A stretch of DNA of 64,000 bases. Origin: a virus. This document shows, piece by piece, positions 18,555-28,801 of this stretch. The position numbers and the translations under genes were made by a program. Each line of letters begins with the position of its first letter. Within the stretch, counting starts at the first letter, position 1. Below the pieces are notes generated by a model. That model did not search any database. It saw nothing but the letters and a program-made list of their open reading frames with translations, and had not been told where the DNA came from. The stretch spans positions 1 to 64,000 of the IMG/VR virus record IMGVR_UViG_3300032086_003797; one strand, written 5' to 3'.

Positions 18555-18582
18555 AGCCGCCCTTCGGGGCGGCTTTTGTTTT
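18555..18582 (+). terminator. Rho-independent terminator
   Basis: AGCCGCCC-TTCG-GGGCGGCT stem-loop plus T-tract after MCP. Confidence 0.9.
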
Positions 18583-18607
18583 ATCTGGGCAAAGACAAAA
18601 GTAACAA

Positions 18608-18616
18608 ACTATTTAC
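18608..18616 (+). promoter_or_regulatory. Putative late promoter ACTATTTAC
   Basis: Just downstream of the MCP terminator, upstream of the neck genes. Confidence 0.65.
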
Positions 18617-18652
18617 TAACGGTTACTCCTGTCTTATTTGGAGGATTTGCGA

Positions 18653-19906
18653 ATGCCAACAGACCTTAGCCCGTCCAGCACTACTAGTGCTTTAGTATTG
18701 CCAGCTACTGGGACACATTCAGATGTTGCCAGTTCTTTGGCTTTTGGTATATACAGCACTGCGCCCTTTGTTAGCGGCGCTGTAGATCAAGTTTCCTATG
18801 TATATGGAAAGCTTGGTGGTAATGTTTTAGATATCGAGTTAGAGACAACAAATGTATATAAAGCTTATGAAGAAGCGTGCCTAGAATATTCTTACATTGT
18901 TAACACGCATCAGGCAAAAAATGTTCTATCTGATATGATGGGCGGCGCAACAGGATCATTCAATCAGGATGGTGAATTTTCTGCTTACAGGTCTGATACG
19001 GAATTGAAACCAAACTTAAGATTTACTAAACTAACTTTAGAATATGCTCGCCATGTGGCGTCATCAGTGGCTTCACAGATTGGTCTAGGGCAAAATGAAA
19101 GAATATATTCGGCATCTTTTGCTAGAGTCAACGACCAGCAAGATTATGATTTACAGGCTATTATATACAGCGCCTCGCTAGAAGCAGGCTCTCCGTTTTC
19201 AGGAGCGATCGGCAACGATAGAATACTAATAGAGAAAGTGTATTATAAAACACCAGCATCATCATGGCGCTTCTTCGGCGGCGGAACTCATGGTATGGTT
19301 GGTAATCTATCATCTTATGGCATGTATGCAGATGATAGTACCTTCGAGCTAATACCAGTATGGCAACATGAGCTACAAGCTAGTGCTTATGAAAATAATA
19401 TAAAGATGAGATCATCGCACTATTCTTATGAGTTAGTGAATAATAGACTAAGAGTGTTTCCCATCCCTTCATCAGATGCACCGCTTAACTTTTATGTTAA
19501 GTTTAGAGTTTCTAATAAAGAAGCCTACGATGAAGAAAGTGATCGCAAGTATGGCTCGGAAGGCATCAATAATATGAATACCCTTCCGTTTCCAAATGTG
19601 CCGTATATAAACATCAACAGTATCGGCAAGCAGTGGATTAGGCGTTTTGCATTAGCTCTCTGCAAGGAGACGCTAGGTCAAATACGTTCCAAGCTCGGAT
19701 CGATTCCAATTCCAGGCAATGATGTTCAGTTGAATGGTAGCGCCCTAATCTCTGAGGGTAAAGAAGAACAAACTGCTTTACGAGATGAACTCAAGGCTGT
19801 GCTGGATGAGTTGACTTACGGTAAGTTAGCCGAAGGCGATACTGCCCTTATGGATAACGTCAACACAACACTTCAGAAGGTCCCCTATGGGATCTATGTA
19901 GGGTGA
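18653..19906 (+). CDS. Neck/head-completion protein (gp13-like)
   Basis: LGG.VLDIEL; WIRRFALALCKETLGQIRSK..IPIPG..VQLNG. Confidence 0.8.
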   Translation: MPTDLSPSSTTSALVLPATGTHSDVASSLAFGIYSTAPFVSGAVDQVSYVYGKLGGNVLDIELETTNVYKAYEEACLEYSYIVNTHQAKNVLSDMMGGATGSFNQDGEFSAYRSDTELKPNLRFTKLTLEYARHVASSVASQIGLGQNERIYSASFARVNDQQDYDLQAIIYSASLEAGSPFSGAIGNDRILIEKVYYKTPASSWRFFGGGTHGMVGNLSSYGMYADDSTFELIPVWQHELQASAYENNIKMRSSHYSYELVNNRLRVFPIPSSDAPLNFYVKFRVSNKEAYDEESDRKYGSEGINNMNTLPFPNVPYININSIGKQWIRRFALALCKETLGQIRSKLGSIPIPGNDVQLNGSALISEGKEEQTALRDELKAVLDELTYGKLAEGDTALMDNVNTTLQKVPYGIYVG

Positions 19907-19911
19907 TATAG

Positions 19912-20412
19912 ATGGCAAATGAATGGAGCCAGCCAGGAGCGCCCCCAGGACCACTGTTTGTTGGTAAGAAGGAAAGGGACTTTGCTAAGCAAATAACGGA
20001 TGAGATAGTCGAAAAGATTGTCGGGCAGAGAATATTATATTTTTCTATCGATATGGAAACCACCAACTTTCATCCTTTGTATGGCGAGGCAATTAGCAAA
20101 GTGTTCCTCCCGCCAGTACATGTACATGTTTTGGTTGAGTATGAAGGTTCCACCACAACGTCAGAACAATTCGGTGTTGACAAACTTGACACAGCTAAGA
20201 TACACTTTCATAACAGGCGACTGACAGAAGATCAAGATTTGTTTGTGCGTGTTGGGGATTATATCCAGTATGACAATAAAAACTATGAAATAGTAGAACT
20301 TGCTTCGCCAAGATATATTTACGGACAAGATGCTGGCTTAGACGGGCACAAGGTTGAGGTTATTGCATCCGTAAGAAAAGCAAGAGCAGGACTATTTGAG
20401 GGTATGCCATAA
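19912..20412 (+). CDS. Neck protein (gp14-like)
   Basis: Position; HPLYGE; VGDYIQY...YEI. Confidence 0.65.
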   Translation: MANEWSQPGAPPGPLFVGKKERDFAKQITDEIVEKIVGQRILYFSIDMETTNFHPLYGEAISKVFLPPVHVHVLVEYEGSTTTSEQFGVDKLDTAKIHFHNRRLTEDQDLFVRVGDYIQYDNKNYEIVELASPRYIYGQDAGLDGHKVEVIASVRKARAGLFEGMP

Positions 20413-21293
20413 TGCCGAAAAGAACTAAGACAAATGAAATAACTGAAACTTCAATACCTATTCGTCCGTCAACGCTAGAGACAATAGACTTTGCTATTTT
20501 CAATTATATAAAAGAAAATCTAAATATACACGTTGATACTAACGATGGCTACAAGAGAGTACCAGTCATCTTTCAGACTCAAGAGAGACCAGTGATGGTC
20601 AAGAAGAGTCCAGATCTTCGTGAAGCAGGCTTTGGTGCCCATGATTCACTGATATATCCTCTTATATCAATTCAGAGAACTTCTGTCAACAAGGATGTGA
20701 CAAGAAGAGGGAAATATTATTCTCCTTTGCCGCAAAATGCAGACGGCTCGATGGGTAGAATAGAGATAGCAAGAACGGTCAACCAACTCAAGACTAGAGA
20801 TAGGGCTAACGCAGACTCCGTAAGGCGCTCTGCGAGCGGAACCGATGCAAATAAAAAGACATTCCCCAGGGAAAGCACAAGGGTAGTGTACGATGTCTAC
20901 ACCATACCAGCACCAGTTTATCTCGACATAGGATATCAGATCAGCATGAGGTCAGAATATATTCAACAGATGAATGAAATGTCTACTCACTTCATGCTCT
21001 CAGGCGGAGCTAGAAATTATTTTATTCTAGAACATGAAGGTCACCGCTATGAGGCTTTTGTGCAGTCTGATTTTACGCAAGAGAACAACGCAGCTTCTTT
21101 AGGGACAGACGAAAGAATGTTTACAAGCAACATTACTATCCAAGTGTTGGGCTATATCCTAGACCAAGAGAAAATAGAGTCAGCTATCAAAGTTACACAA
21201 AGCCCCGCAGAGATTATCATTGGTCGTGAGCGAGCAGTATTATCAGACGAAATACCATTTCATCTTGACATCGATAATAAAATCAGAAGATAA
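20412..21293 (+). CDS. Tail terminator/sheath stabiliser (gp15-like)
   Basis: VPVIF...ER; P.ISIQR; PVYLDIGYQI; directly upstream of the sheath gene. Confidence 0.65.
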   Translation: MPKRTKTNEITETSIPIRPSTLETIDFAIFNYIKENLNIHVDTNDGYKRVPVIFQTQERPVMVKKSPDLREAGFGAHDSLIYPLISIQRTSVNKDVTRRGKYYSPLPQNADGSMGRIEIARTVNQLKTRDRANADSVRRSASGTDANKKTFPRESTRVVYDVYTIPAPVYLDIGYQISMRSEYIQQMNEMSTHFMLSGGARNYFILEHEGHRYEAFVQSDFTQENNAASLGTDERMFTSNITIQVLGYILDQEKIESAIKVTQSPAEIIIGRERAVLSDEIPFHLDIDNKIRR

Positions 21294-21328
21294 AAAATCC
21301 TACCCTGAGCATTTTGCCATATCGCCAC

Positions 21329-21337
21329 ACTATTTAC
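21329..21337 (+). promoter_or_regulatory. Putative late promoter ACTATTTAC
   Basis: Upstream of the tail sheath gene. Confidence 0.65.
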
Positions 21338-21400
21338 ATTGTATTGTAATGCATTTACAATTACTGCATATACGTTGAAACTACGAGGAGAATGATATAA

Positions 21401-24400
21401 ATGTCAGAACGCAAATTCAAGTTTATTTCACCAGGAGTCTTTACTAGTGAAATAGATAACAGCCAACTCCCTAAGGTACCCGATCCAATCGGTCCAGTTA
21501 TTATAGGTCGAACCCGCAAAGGTCCTGCTTTTAGACCAACTACAGTTAACTCTTTTGAAGAATTCATCCAAGTCTTTGGTGATCCTGTAGCAGGTGGCAA
21601 AGGCGGAGATGTTTGGCGAGACGGTAATGAACTTGCCCCAACTTATGCTAGCTTTGCAGCACAGGCTTGGTTAAAGAACAGTAACGCTGTAACAGTCGTC
21701 CGCCTTTTGGGACAACAACACCCAGACGTCAGCGATGGCGCTGCTAACGCAGGTGCTGCTGGTTATGAATTTGATGGCATTGATGATAGCAACTCCTCGC
21801 AAGGCGCATACGGTCTCTTTGTATGGCCATCAGGAAGTGCTGCATCAAACGGCTACACTATCTCTGGTACTCTAGCAGCCGTCTTCTATGTTGAAGAGGG
21901 TAGAGTTATTCTCAGTGGTACGAATGCTCGTGGCGCAATGACCGCTTCTGGTTGCCAATTGTTTAAGTCAGACGCTAATGGTGAGTTCGTAGCTCAGATC
22001 CATGGTGCTTCTAACTTGAATGAGCACAATCCATCAGAGCGAGTAACATTCAACTTCGATCCAGCAAGTGATCGATTCATCAGAAAAGTATTCAACACGA
22101 ATCCAACCTTGGTTAATGATGACGTTTCTACTGCTACACTAGCAGATGGAACCAATCGTGTCAACTATGTTCTTGGTGAATCATTTGAAAGAAAGGTCTT
22201 GAAAGGCAGCGCCTTCCGAGAGTTATTTGTTGACGGTGCGGCATATACAGGCGACGTAATGTTCGGTGCTATTATGCCCTTGCAAAACCCACAAACTCCC
22301 GCTGAAGAGCACGGCGACTTCAAGTTCTCTGCTACTAAGGCTACTACGGGTTGGTTCATATCTCAGGATATGACAGACTCCTCAGGCTCTTATGCAGCCG
22401 AGAACCAGCAACGGTTGTTCCGCTTGGAAGCCCGTGACGTTGGTGAACAAGTACAAAAAAGTATTAAGCTATCGATTCAAAATGTCAAAGCTTCGACCAC
22501 AAACGCTGATCCATACGGAACGTTTGATGTTGTAGTTCGTGACATTCGTGATACCGATAATAGGCAAAGAGTCCTAGAAAGATTCACCGCTTGTAATCTA
22601 AACCCAGCATCACCAGATTATATTGCTAATCGAATTGGTGATCAACATGATGTTTATGATTCGGCTGAGAAGCGCAACCGCCGATATGGTGAGTATGCTA
22701 ACCGCTCTGATTATGTTAGAGTAGTGATGAACGGTGATGTAGAACGTGGCGCAACTGATCCACGCCTATTGCCATTCGGCTTCTTCGGTCCAACCAAGTA
22801 TCGTGATGTTGACATCGTTAGTGGCTCAACTTCGCTTCATGCTTATGGTAAGGGTCAAGGCGGCACCGCAGGCGGCGGCAGCGTCCATAGTATGCTTGAC
22901 GGCGGTGGCGCTGGCTTCGGTACATTGGTGAGTCATGCTACAGCGGGCATTATGCCCACAGACACCCAAATCTTGGATATGGGTAAGGCTAACATGACTG
23001 CCAGTATCCGATTCCCAGAGCTTCCATTGGTTGTTAGTTCATCCTATGGTTCACCTAACTCTAAAGAAGTAACACACTTTGGTGTGTACACAGGGCAGTC
23101 GATTGCAAACAATCGTTACAACCCAGAGCTTGCAGACATCGTTCGCAGCTTGAGTGTTAACTTCAAGGACTACACTGCGGAGGCATCGTTGGATTTGGCA
23201 CAAGTCAATGCCGACACAGCAGCAACCCCCGATGTCCCAGTTCGCCAGGCAGACACAAGTACAGCAGGATCATCTGCTAGACAACACTCATTCGTGTTCT
23301 CACTTGATAATGTCGGACCAGTTCCAGGCAAAGCCAGCGAAGCCAAGCACTACTATGGTCTAAGAAAGGCTGGTTTCTCATACACCGCAGGTGCCGCTCA
23401 TGGCGCTACAGGTGCTCGTGAAGCTTCCTTTACAACAGGTTCATACCAAAAGATTTTGGACGCAGGTTATAATAACTTTACAACCGTGCTGCATGGTGGG
23501 CATGACGGTCTAAACATCAAAGAGTCAGAACCTTTCAATAACACCAGACTTGGTACTGATGAGACGGCAGCCTATGCTCTACACTCAGTGGTCAGAGCAC
23601 TTGATCTTGTTCGAGATCCTGAAGATGTTCAGTCTAACTTGTTGTCTGTCCCAGGCATTACCTCAACCATAGTCACCGATAAGATGCTAGAAGTAGCAGA
23701 AGATCGTGGGGATATGCTTGCAGTTATTGACTTGGGGAGCGTGTTCACACCTTCAACAGAGAATACAAGCAACTACCAGACTCGTGCTGGTAACACCGTG
23801 AAAACTGCTGTTGATGCTCTTACAAACCGTGAGATCAACACTAGCTACGGTGCTGCATACTACCCATGGGTTCGTGCCCGTGACACCCTAACTGGCAAGC
23901 TACTATGGCTACCACCTTCGATTCCTGCACTGGGCGCAATGTCCTTTACAGACCGAGTTGGTGCCCCATGGTTCGCCCCAGCAGGTCTAGCTCGTGGCGG
24001 TCTTTCTGACGGCGCAGGTGGTCTACCAATCATCGACGTTACCAAGAAGCTCACCTCGAAAGATCGTGATGATCTATACGCAGCAGGCATTAACCCAATC
24101 GCCAAGTTCCCAGCAGAGGGTATTGTGATCTTCGGGCAGAAGACACTACAGACTACCCCATCGGCACTTGATCGTGTTAACGTCCGTCGCCTAATGATCT
24201 TCATCAAACGTGAAATAAGCCGTGTAGCTGCTAGAGTAGTCTTTGCACAAAACACCAGAGAAACTTGGAATAGATTCTTGGGTGAAGCAGAGCCTATCCT
24301 CAGAAACGTCAAGGCACAGTTTGGTCTAGAAGACTTCAGACTTATTTTGGATGAATCAACAACAACTCCAGATCTGATTGACAGAAACATCATTTATGCT

Positions 24401-24487
24401 AAGGTGCTTCTCAAACCAACCAGGACTGCCGAGTTCTTCGCAATCGACTTCAGTATCGCAAGATCTGGCGCATCGTTTGCAGATTAA
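21401..24487 (+). CDS. Tail sheath protein (gp18-like)
   Basis: SPGVFTSEID, KGPAF, PWFAPAGL.RG, INPI..F, GQKTL, RVNVRRL. Confidence 0.95.
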   Translation: MSERKFKFISPGVFTSEIDNSQLPKVPDPIGPVIIGRTRKGPAFRPTTVNSFEEFIQVFGDPVAGGKGGDVWRDGNELAPTYASFAAQAWLKNSNAVTVVRLLGQQHPDVSDGAANAGAAGYEFDGIDDSNSSQGAYGLFVWPSGSAASNGYTISGTLAAVFYVEEGRVILSGTNARGAMTASGCQLFKSDANGEFVAQIHGASNLNEHNPSERVTFNFDPASDRFIRKVFNTNPTLVNDDVSTATLADGTNRVNYVLGESFERKVLKGSAFRELFVDGAAYTGDVMFGAIMPLQNPQTPAEEHGDFKFSATKATTGWFISQDMTDSSGSYAAENQQRLFRLEARDVGEQVQKSIKLSIQNVKASTTNADPYGTFDVVVRDIRDTDNRQRVLERFTACNLNPASPDYIANRIGDQHDVYDSAEKRNRRYGEYANRSDYVRVVMNGDVERGATDPRLLPFGFFGPTKYRDVDIVSGSTSLHAYGKGQGGTAGGGSVHSMLDGGGAGFGTLVSHATAGIMPTDTQILDMGKANMTASIRFPELPLVVSSSYGSPNSKEVTHFGVYTGQSIANNRYNPELADIVRSLSVNFKDYTAEASLDLAQVNADTAATPDVPVRQADTSTAGSSARQHSFVFSLDNVGPVPGKASEAKHYYGLRKAGFSYTAGAAHGATGAREASFTTGSYQKILDAGYNNFTTVLHGGHDGLNIKESEPFNNTRLGTDETAAYALHSVVRALDLVRDPEDVQSNLLSVPGITSTIVTDKMLEVAEDRGDMLAVIDLGSVFTPSTENTSNYQTRAGNTVKTAVDALTNREINTSYGAAYYPWVRARDTLTGKLLWLPPSIPALGAMSFTDRVGAPWFAPAGLARGGLSDGAGGLPIIDVTKKLTSKDRDDLYAAGINPIAKFPAEGIVIFGQKTLQTTPSALDRVNVRRLMIFIKREISRVAARVVFAQNTRETWNRFLGEAEPILRNVKAQFGLEDFRLILDESTTTPDLIDRNIIYAKVLLKPTRTAEFFAIDFSIARSGASFAD

Positions 24488-24526
24488 TCTAAGGTGAGTT
24501 CTATATATTACGAGGAGAAAATATAA

Positions 24527-25108
24527 ATGGCTGAGATATTCTGGAGTGCTCAAAACTCTGATCCAAAAAGAAAGTTTAGATTTCAATTGCTGGTTGATAA
24601 TATCCCTGTATGGGTTGTCAAAACTGTACAGAAACCAGCAGTGACTGTGAACCCAGTTGTTCACCAGTACCTTAATCATGAGTTCAGGTACCCAGGACGT
24701 GTGACGTGGGATTCCCCAATCAATGTTACCTTGGTTGATCCTCTTGATCCAGATCTTGCCAGAACGACTTTGAACATGATTCGCAATGCTGGCTATCGTT
24801 ATCCTCTAGATCCTAACCAGGCTAAGACAACGATGACCAAGGCAGATGCCACTAAGGCATTGGGTCGTGTTGCCATTCAGCAGATTGATGGTGAAGGCAA
24901 TCCAGTCGAAGAATGGGTCCTTAGAAATGCATTTGTATCTAAGGTCACATATGGCGACTTGGATTACACCTCTGATGATATGAGTGAGATCACTCTAGAG
25001 ATCACTTATGATTGGGCAGAGCTTCAGGTCTCACACGCCCCAGCTAATGGTTACAGCATAGACTCAGATCTACAGCAAGCCGACGCTGATGGTGTTGTCA
25101 AAAGCTAA
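24527..25108 (+). CDS. Tail tube protein (gp19-like)
   Basis: Follows sheath; PGRVTW; GDLDY...EITLEITYDWA. Confidence 0.88.
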   Translation: MAEIFWSAQNSDPKRKFRFQLLVDNIPVWVVKTVQKPAVTVNPVVHQYLNHEFRYPGRVTWDSPINVTLVDPLDPDLARTTLNMIRNAGYRYPLDPNQAKTTMTKADATKALGRVAIQQIDGEGNPVEEWVLRNAFVSKVTYGDLDYTSDDMSEITLEITYDWAELQVSHAPANGYSIDSDLQQADADGVVKS

Positions 25109-25183
25109 GTCTAGTATTATAAAGAGCTAAACAAAAATAAAATGTTGTGGTAATCTATTTACTACAGGAAAGGTTTCGATAAT

Positions 25184-26038
25184 ATGGCACGCAATAAAAG
25201 TCGCACTAGTGCGCCCAAGGTAGAACAGGACGCAACGCCTCCTGCCCCAGCAGCAGCAACTTCACAGACACAAGAATTCAGTTGGTCAAACCCAACTGAG
25301 TTTGTGGATTTGCCATCTGGTGGAAAGTATTATCCTGAAGGACACCCACTTCACGGACAGGACGCAGTAGAGATTCGTTTCATGACTGCAAAGGAAGAAG
25401 ATATTCTCACCTCACAAGCACTTATTCGCAAGGGTATTGTCCTAGATCGTCTAGTAGACAGCGTAATCGTAGATAAGCGCATTACATCAAATGCTTTGCT
25501 AATCGGCGATAAAAACGCTATTCTAATAGCAGCAAGAGTTACGGGCTATGGAGAAGAATATAATGTAAAGATTACATGTCCTGCCTGTGGTGAAGACTCA
25601 GAAGAAGAATACATGGTTAGTGACATTATGACAGTCAAGACTGCTGACGCATCTGAAATTGTTTGGAATGACGATGGCACCTTTGATATTCAGCTACCAA
25701 TGACGAAGGCTACAGTAAGCTGTCGTTTGATGACAGGCGCCGACGAAACTGCTAATGCTCAGAGAAGAAAGCAGATGAAGAAACATCGCATGGCTAACAA
25801 TGAGCTAACGACTATGCTTCGCACGATGGTTGTAAAGATCAACGGCAATTCGGATAGAGCTATGATCAATAGCTTTGTCGAGAACATGCCAGCAAGAGAT
25901 GCAAGACATCTAAGAATTACTTATACCAAGGCTGTTCCAAACGTGGAACTGAGCACAGACTTTGACTGTGGCAACTGTGGTCACTCCGCAGATATGGAGG
26001 TCCCGCTCAATGCGGGGTTCTTTTGGCCTGACGCCTGA
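25184..26038 (+). CDS. Baseplate hub assembly / tail assembly chaperone (gp26-like)
   Basis: LPSGG..Y, MTAKEEDILT, two CxxC pairs, ends FFWP. Confidence 0.8.
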   Translation: MARNKSRTSAPKVEQDATPPAPAAATSQTQEFSWSNPTEFVDLPSGGKYYPEGHPLHGQDAVEIRFMTAKEEDILTSQALIRKGIVLDRLVDSVIVDKRITSNALLIGDKNAILIAARVTGYGEEYNVKITCPACGEDSEEEYMVSDIMTVKTADASEIVWNDDGTFDIQLPMTKATVSCRLMTGADETANAQRRKQMKKHRMANNELTTMLRTMVVKINGNSDRAMINSFVENMPARDARHLRITYTKAVPNVELSTDFDCGNCGHSADMEVPLNAGFFWPDA

Positions 26039-26219
26039 GCACGCTACACAGCTTTATGAGCAGTTCTTCTTGATGAAGTACCATGGCGGATGGAGCTTTA
26101 CTGAAGCATACAATCTGCCAGTCAAATTGAGAAGGTGGTTTTTAGAGAGGTTAGCGGAAGAAATAAAGAAAGAGAATGAAGCGCATAGGGCAGCGATGCG
26201 CAAAGCAAAGAGGGGCTAA
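26022..26219 (+). CDS. gp51-like / chaperone C-terminal extension, possibly reached by +1 frameshift
   Basis: YHGGWSFTEAYNLPVKLRRWF; no convincing RBS or start codon. Confidence 0.55.
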   Translation, partial: FGLTPEHATQLYEQFFLMKYHGGWSFTEAYNLPVKLRRWFLERLAEEIKKENEAHRAAMRKAKRG

Positions 26220-26278
26220 CACCCCTCTTTTATTTTACTTTCGCAAACTATTTACTAAGTATAAGTGAGGTTCTGCAC

Positions 26279-26617
26279 ATGAAAGAAGATCAAGATAAAG
26301 ATTTATCCTCAGTAGTGATGGATTTGGGCGCTAACAGAAGAGGAACTTTAAACGAAAGCGTGCTTAGTATATTCGCCGCTTGGGTTCAGTATCTTTTAGA
26401 GAAGATGTTTATGGGTGCCAAGGTCCCAGTCAAGGTAAGGGGCAATAGACTTGAGGTCATGCGCTTTACGGATACCTTGGTAGCAGAGAAGCGTTTTATG
26501 ACTGCTATAAAGAAATATGGCTTAGACAGTCCGCTTACATTTAAGAACCGTGCAAAACTTGAGAAGTCAATCAGACTATTCGAGAAGGAGACTGGCATGA
26601 AATGGCCAGTGCGATAG
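26279..26617 (+). CDS. Hypothetical protein
   Basis: After late motif at 26247; GAGG RBS. Confidence 0.65.
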   Translation: MKEDQDKDLSSVVMDLGANRRGTLNESVLSIFAAWVQYLLEKMFMGAKVPVKVRGNRLEVMRFTDTLVAEKRFMTAIKKYGLDSPLTFKNRAKLEKSIRLFEKETGMKWPVR

Positions 26618-26628
26618 AGGGTTAGTCG

Positions 26629-28779
26629 ATGGCTATGTTCCCCACAGAAGAAGAATTAGCTCGCAATGAAAAGCTGATACAGCAAAATAAGCAAATACTT
26701 GAGCAGAATAAGCAAAGTGCGCAAGCCATGCAAGATATGGCGACAGCGAAGCAGATGCTTAGTAATCTTGACGACGCAGATATACAGTCAGCACAAGAGG
26801 CACTCTTATTACAGCAAGAGGCTTTTGAAATTGAGGAGAAGAAAAGAGAACTAGCGAAACAGGGTCTGACGATAAGTACCGCCGAAGAAATATCATATCA
26901 AAATAAATTGGAGGGTATCCGAGTAGCCAGAGATATGCATGGAGACATAGCCAATTTACTTGATAAGACCCGACGAGAGCACGAAGATGTAACAGAAGAG
27001 ATCAGAAAACAAAATCATGAACTTGAACAAGGCAAAAAAGAAATAGAAGCCTTTAAGAAAAAAATGGATAAGGTCCAAGGGGGTTTCAATAAAGCTCAGG
27101 GTATCGCTTCTTCACTTGGTTCAGAAATGGGCGGCATGGTTTCAGGCGCTGCCGACTTTGCCATGGGTCTTGGTAAGGCTGTACTCACTGGAAACTACCT
27201 TGAATTTGCACTTGATCTGGCGCTTGATGCAATGGCGGCACTAATCGGCGCATCCATGAAGTTGTCAAGTATACTTGCAGAGGGTATAAGATCCTCAGGC
27301 TTGCAAGACTTCGAGCAATTGTTATATGCCAACGTGGCTGCGACAAATCAGTTTGGACTAGACGCCGAAGCCACAGCCAGATTACTATCTGGACTCAACG
27401 ATGGCTTTGGGCAGTTCGCTCTTGTATCGGACGATATGAAAGGGAAGCTAATAGAACAAGCAGCAGCCCTTAGTAATCTTGGTGTTTCTGCCGCCGAATC
27501 AGGAAAGCTATTTGATACACTGGTTGTAGGTATGGGGATGTCAGCATCCGAAGTCGATCAGGTTGGCGATCAATTTACACAACTAGGTCAGATCGTCGGT
27601 AAGTCAACAGCAACAATGGTTTCAGATTTCAATAGAATGTCGGGTAGTCTGGCTCAGTTCGGGTCAGGTGCTTTGGATGTATTCCAGGATGTGCAGGAAG
27701 CTGCCGCTCGAACAGGGATCAGTGCAGATACAATGATGGGCGTATTTGAGAAAACCACAACATTTTCAGGCGCTGCTGATATGGCTGGAAAATTGAATGG
27801 CGTTCTTGGCACAACTGTTGATGCCATGGAACTTATAAATTCAGAAAACCCTGCTGAAACTATGGACATACTAAGAAATTCTTTATTGGATGCAGGAAAA
27901 TCTTTTGAAGAAATGACTATGCAAGAGCGCCGCTTTTTGGCAGAAACATCAGGTATTAATATGGCAGAGCTACAAAAGGGACTCTCAGGCGGCGAGCTTG
28001 ATACAAAATCCCCAGGGGAGACAGCATTAGAAAGCCTCTCCAAGAAAGCTATGGAAGTTGGTAAGCAAATATCAGCTACCTTTGATAAAGTATTTAATGC
28101 TTTAGCTACTTCAGGCGTGCTAAAAGACCTTGAAGAAACATTGGGAAGTTTGTTTGGAGAAGGCAGTTCGACCGATTCGTTTGCTAACTCAGTGATCCCA
28201 GGCATGGTCGGTGGAGCCAAGATTCTTGTGGGGCTGTTTAAAAGCCTAGCTAATGCCTTCAAGATCGCAATGGCAATTATCAGCCCCATATTATCTGTCT
28301 TTACTTTCGCAACTCAGCTTGTAGGCGAGTTGGTGATGGCTATCGGCAAACTATCTGAATATATTACCAGCTTCCTTATCGAGCCAATGGAGAAGTTAGC
28401 CGCCACGATCACGGGTGGTATATCAGGGTTCTTAGGAAGTGTCTTCGGCGCAGACGATTATGTATCAAAGGGCGGCAGCACTTCAAGTTCTTATGGTGAT
28501 AGGATGCTATTTGACAAGGGAGACCTTGTTGCCCTTAACGACGGAGACACAATCATAGCAGGAACCAATGTTCAGTTTGCAAATGATATGGTGTCTCAGG
28601 CGGCGAATCAGAGAACAGGGATAGCTGCAAACAATGCAGCAGGTAGCCAGCAAAGAGCACCAGCCCCAGCAGCCCAGGTTGCTAGCGGACCTTCAACTGT
28701 GAATTTGATGTTAGATAGAATAAATCTTGGTAAGGTCGTTGGCGACTTGGTAGAAGAAAAGATGAGTGTTGCTACTTAA
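26629..28779 (+). CDS. Tape measure protein
   Basis: Coiled-coil N-terminus, long Ala/Gly-rich helical protein, position after tube and chaperone. Confidence 0.8.
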   Translation: MAMFPTEEELARNEKLIQQNKQILEQNKQSAQAMQDMATAKQMLSNLDDADIQSAQEALLLQQEAFEIEEKKRELAKQGLTISTAEEISYQNKLEGIRVARDMHGDIANLLDKTRREHEDVTEEIRKQNHELEQGKKEIEAFKKKMDKVQGGFNKAQGIASSLGSEMGGMVSGAADFAMGLGKAVLTGNYLEFALDLALDAMAALIGASMKLSSILAEGIRSSGLQDFEQLLYANVAATNQFGLDAEATARLLSGLNDGFGQFALVSDDMKGKLIEQAAALSNLGVSAAESGKLFDTLVVGMGMSASEVDQVGDQFTQLGQIVGKSTATMVSDFNRMSGSLAQFGSGALDVFQDVQEAAARTGISADTMMGVFEKTTTFSGAADMAGKLNGVLGTTVDAMELINSENPAETMDILRNSLLDAGKSFEEMTMQERRFLAETSGINMAELQKGLSGGELDTKSPGETALESLSKKAMEVGKQISATFDKVFNALATSGVLKDLEETLGSLFGEGSSTDSFANSVIPGMVGGAKILVGLFKSLANAFKIAMAIISPILSVFTFATQLVGELVMAIGKLSEYITSFLIEPMEKLAATITGGISGFLGSVFGADDYVSKGGSTSSSYGDRMLFDKGDLVALNDGDTIIAGTNVQFANDMVSQAANQRTGIAANNAAGSQQRAPAPAAQVASGPSTVNLMLDRINLGKVVGDLVEEKMSVAT

Positions 28780-28801
28780 TATGGAGACACAATAAACTAC
28801 T

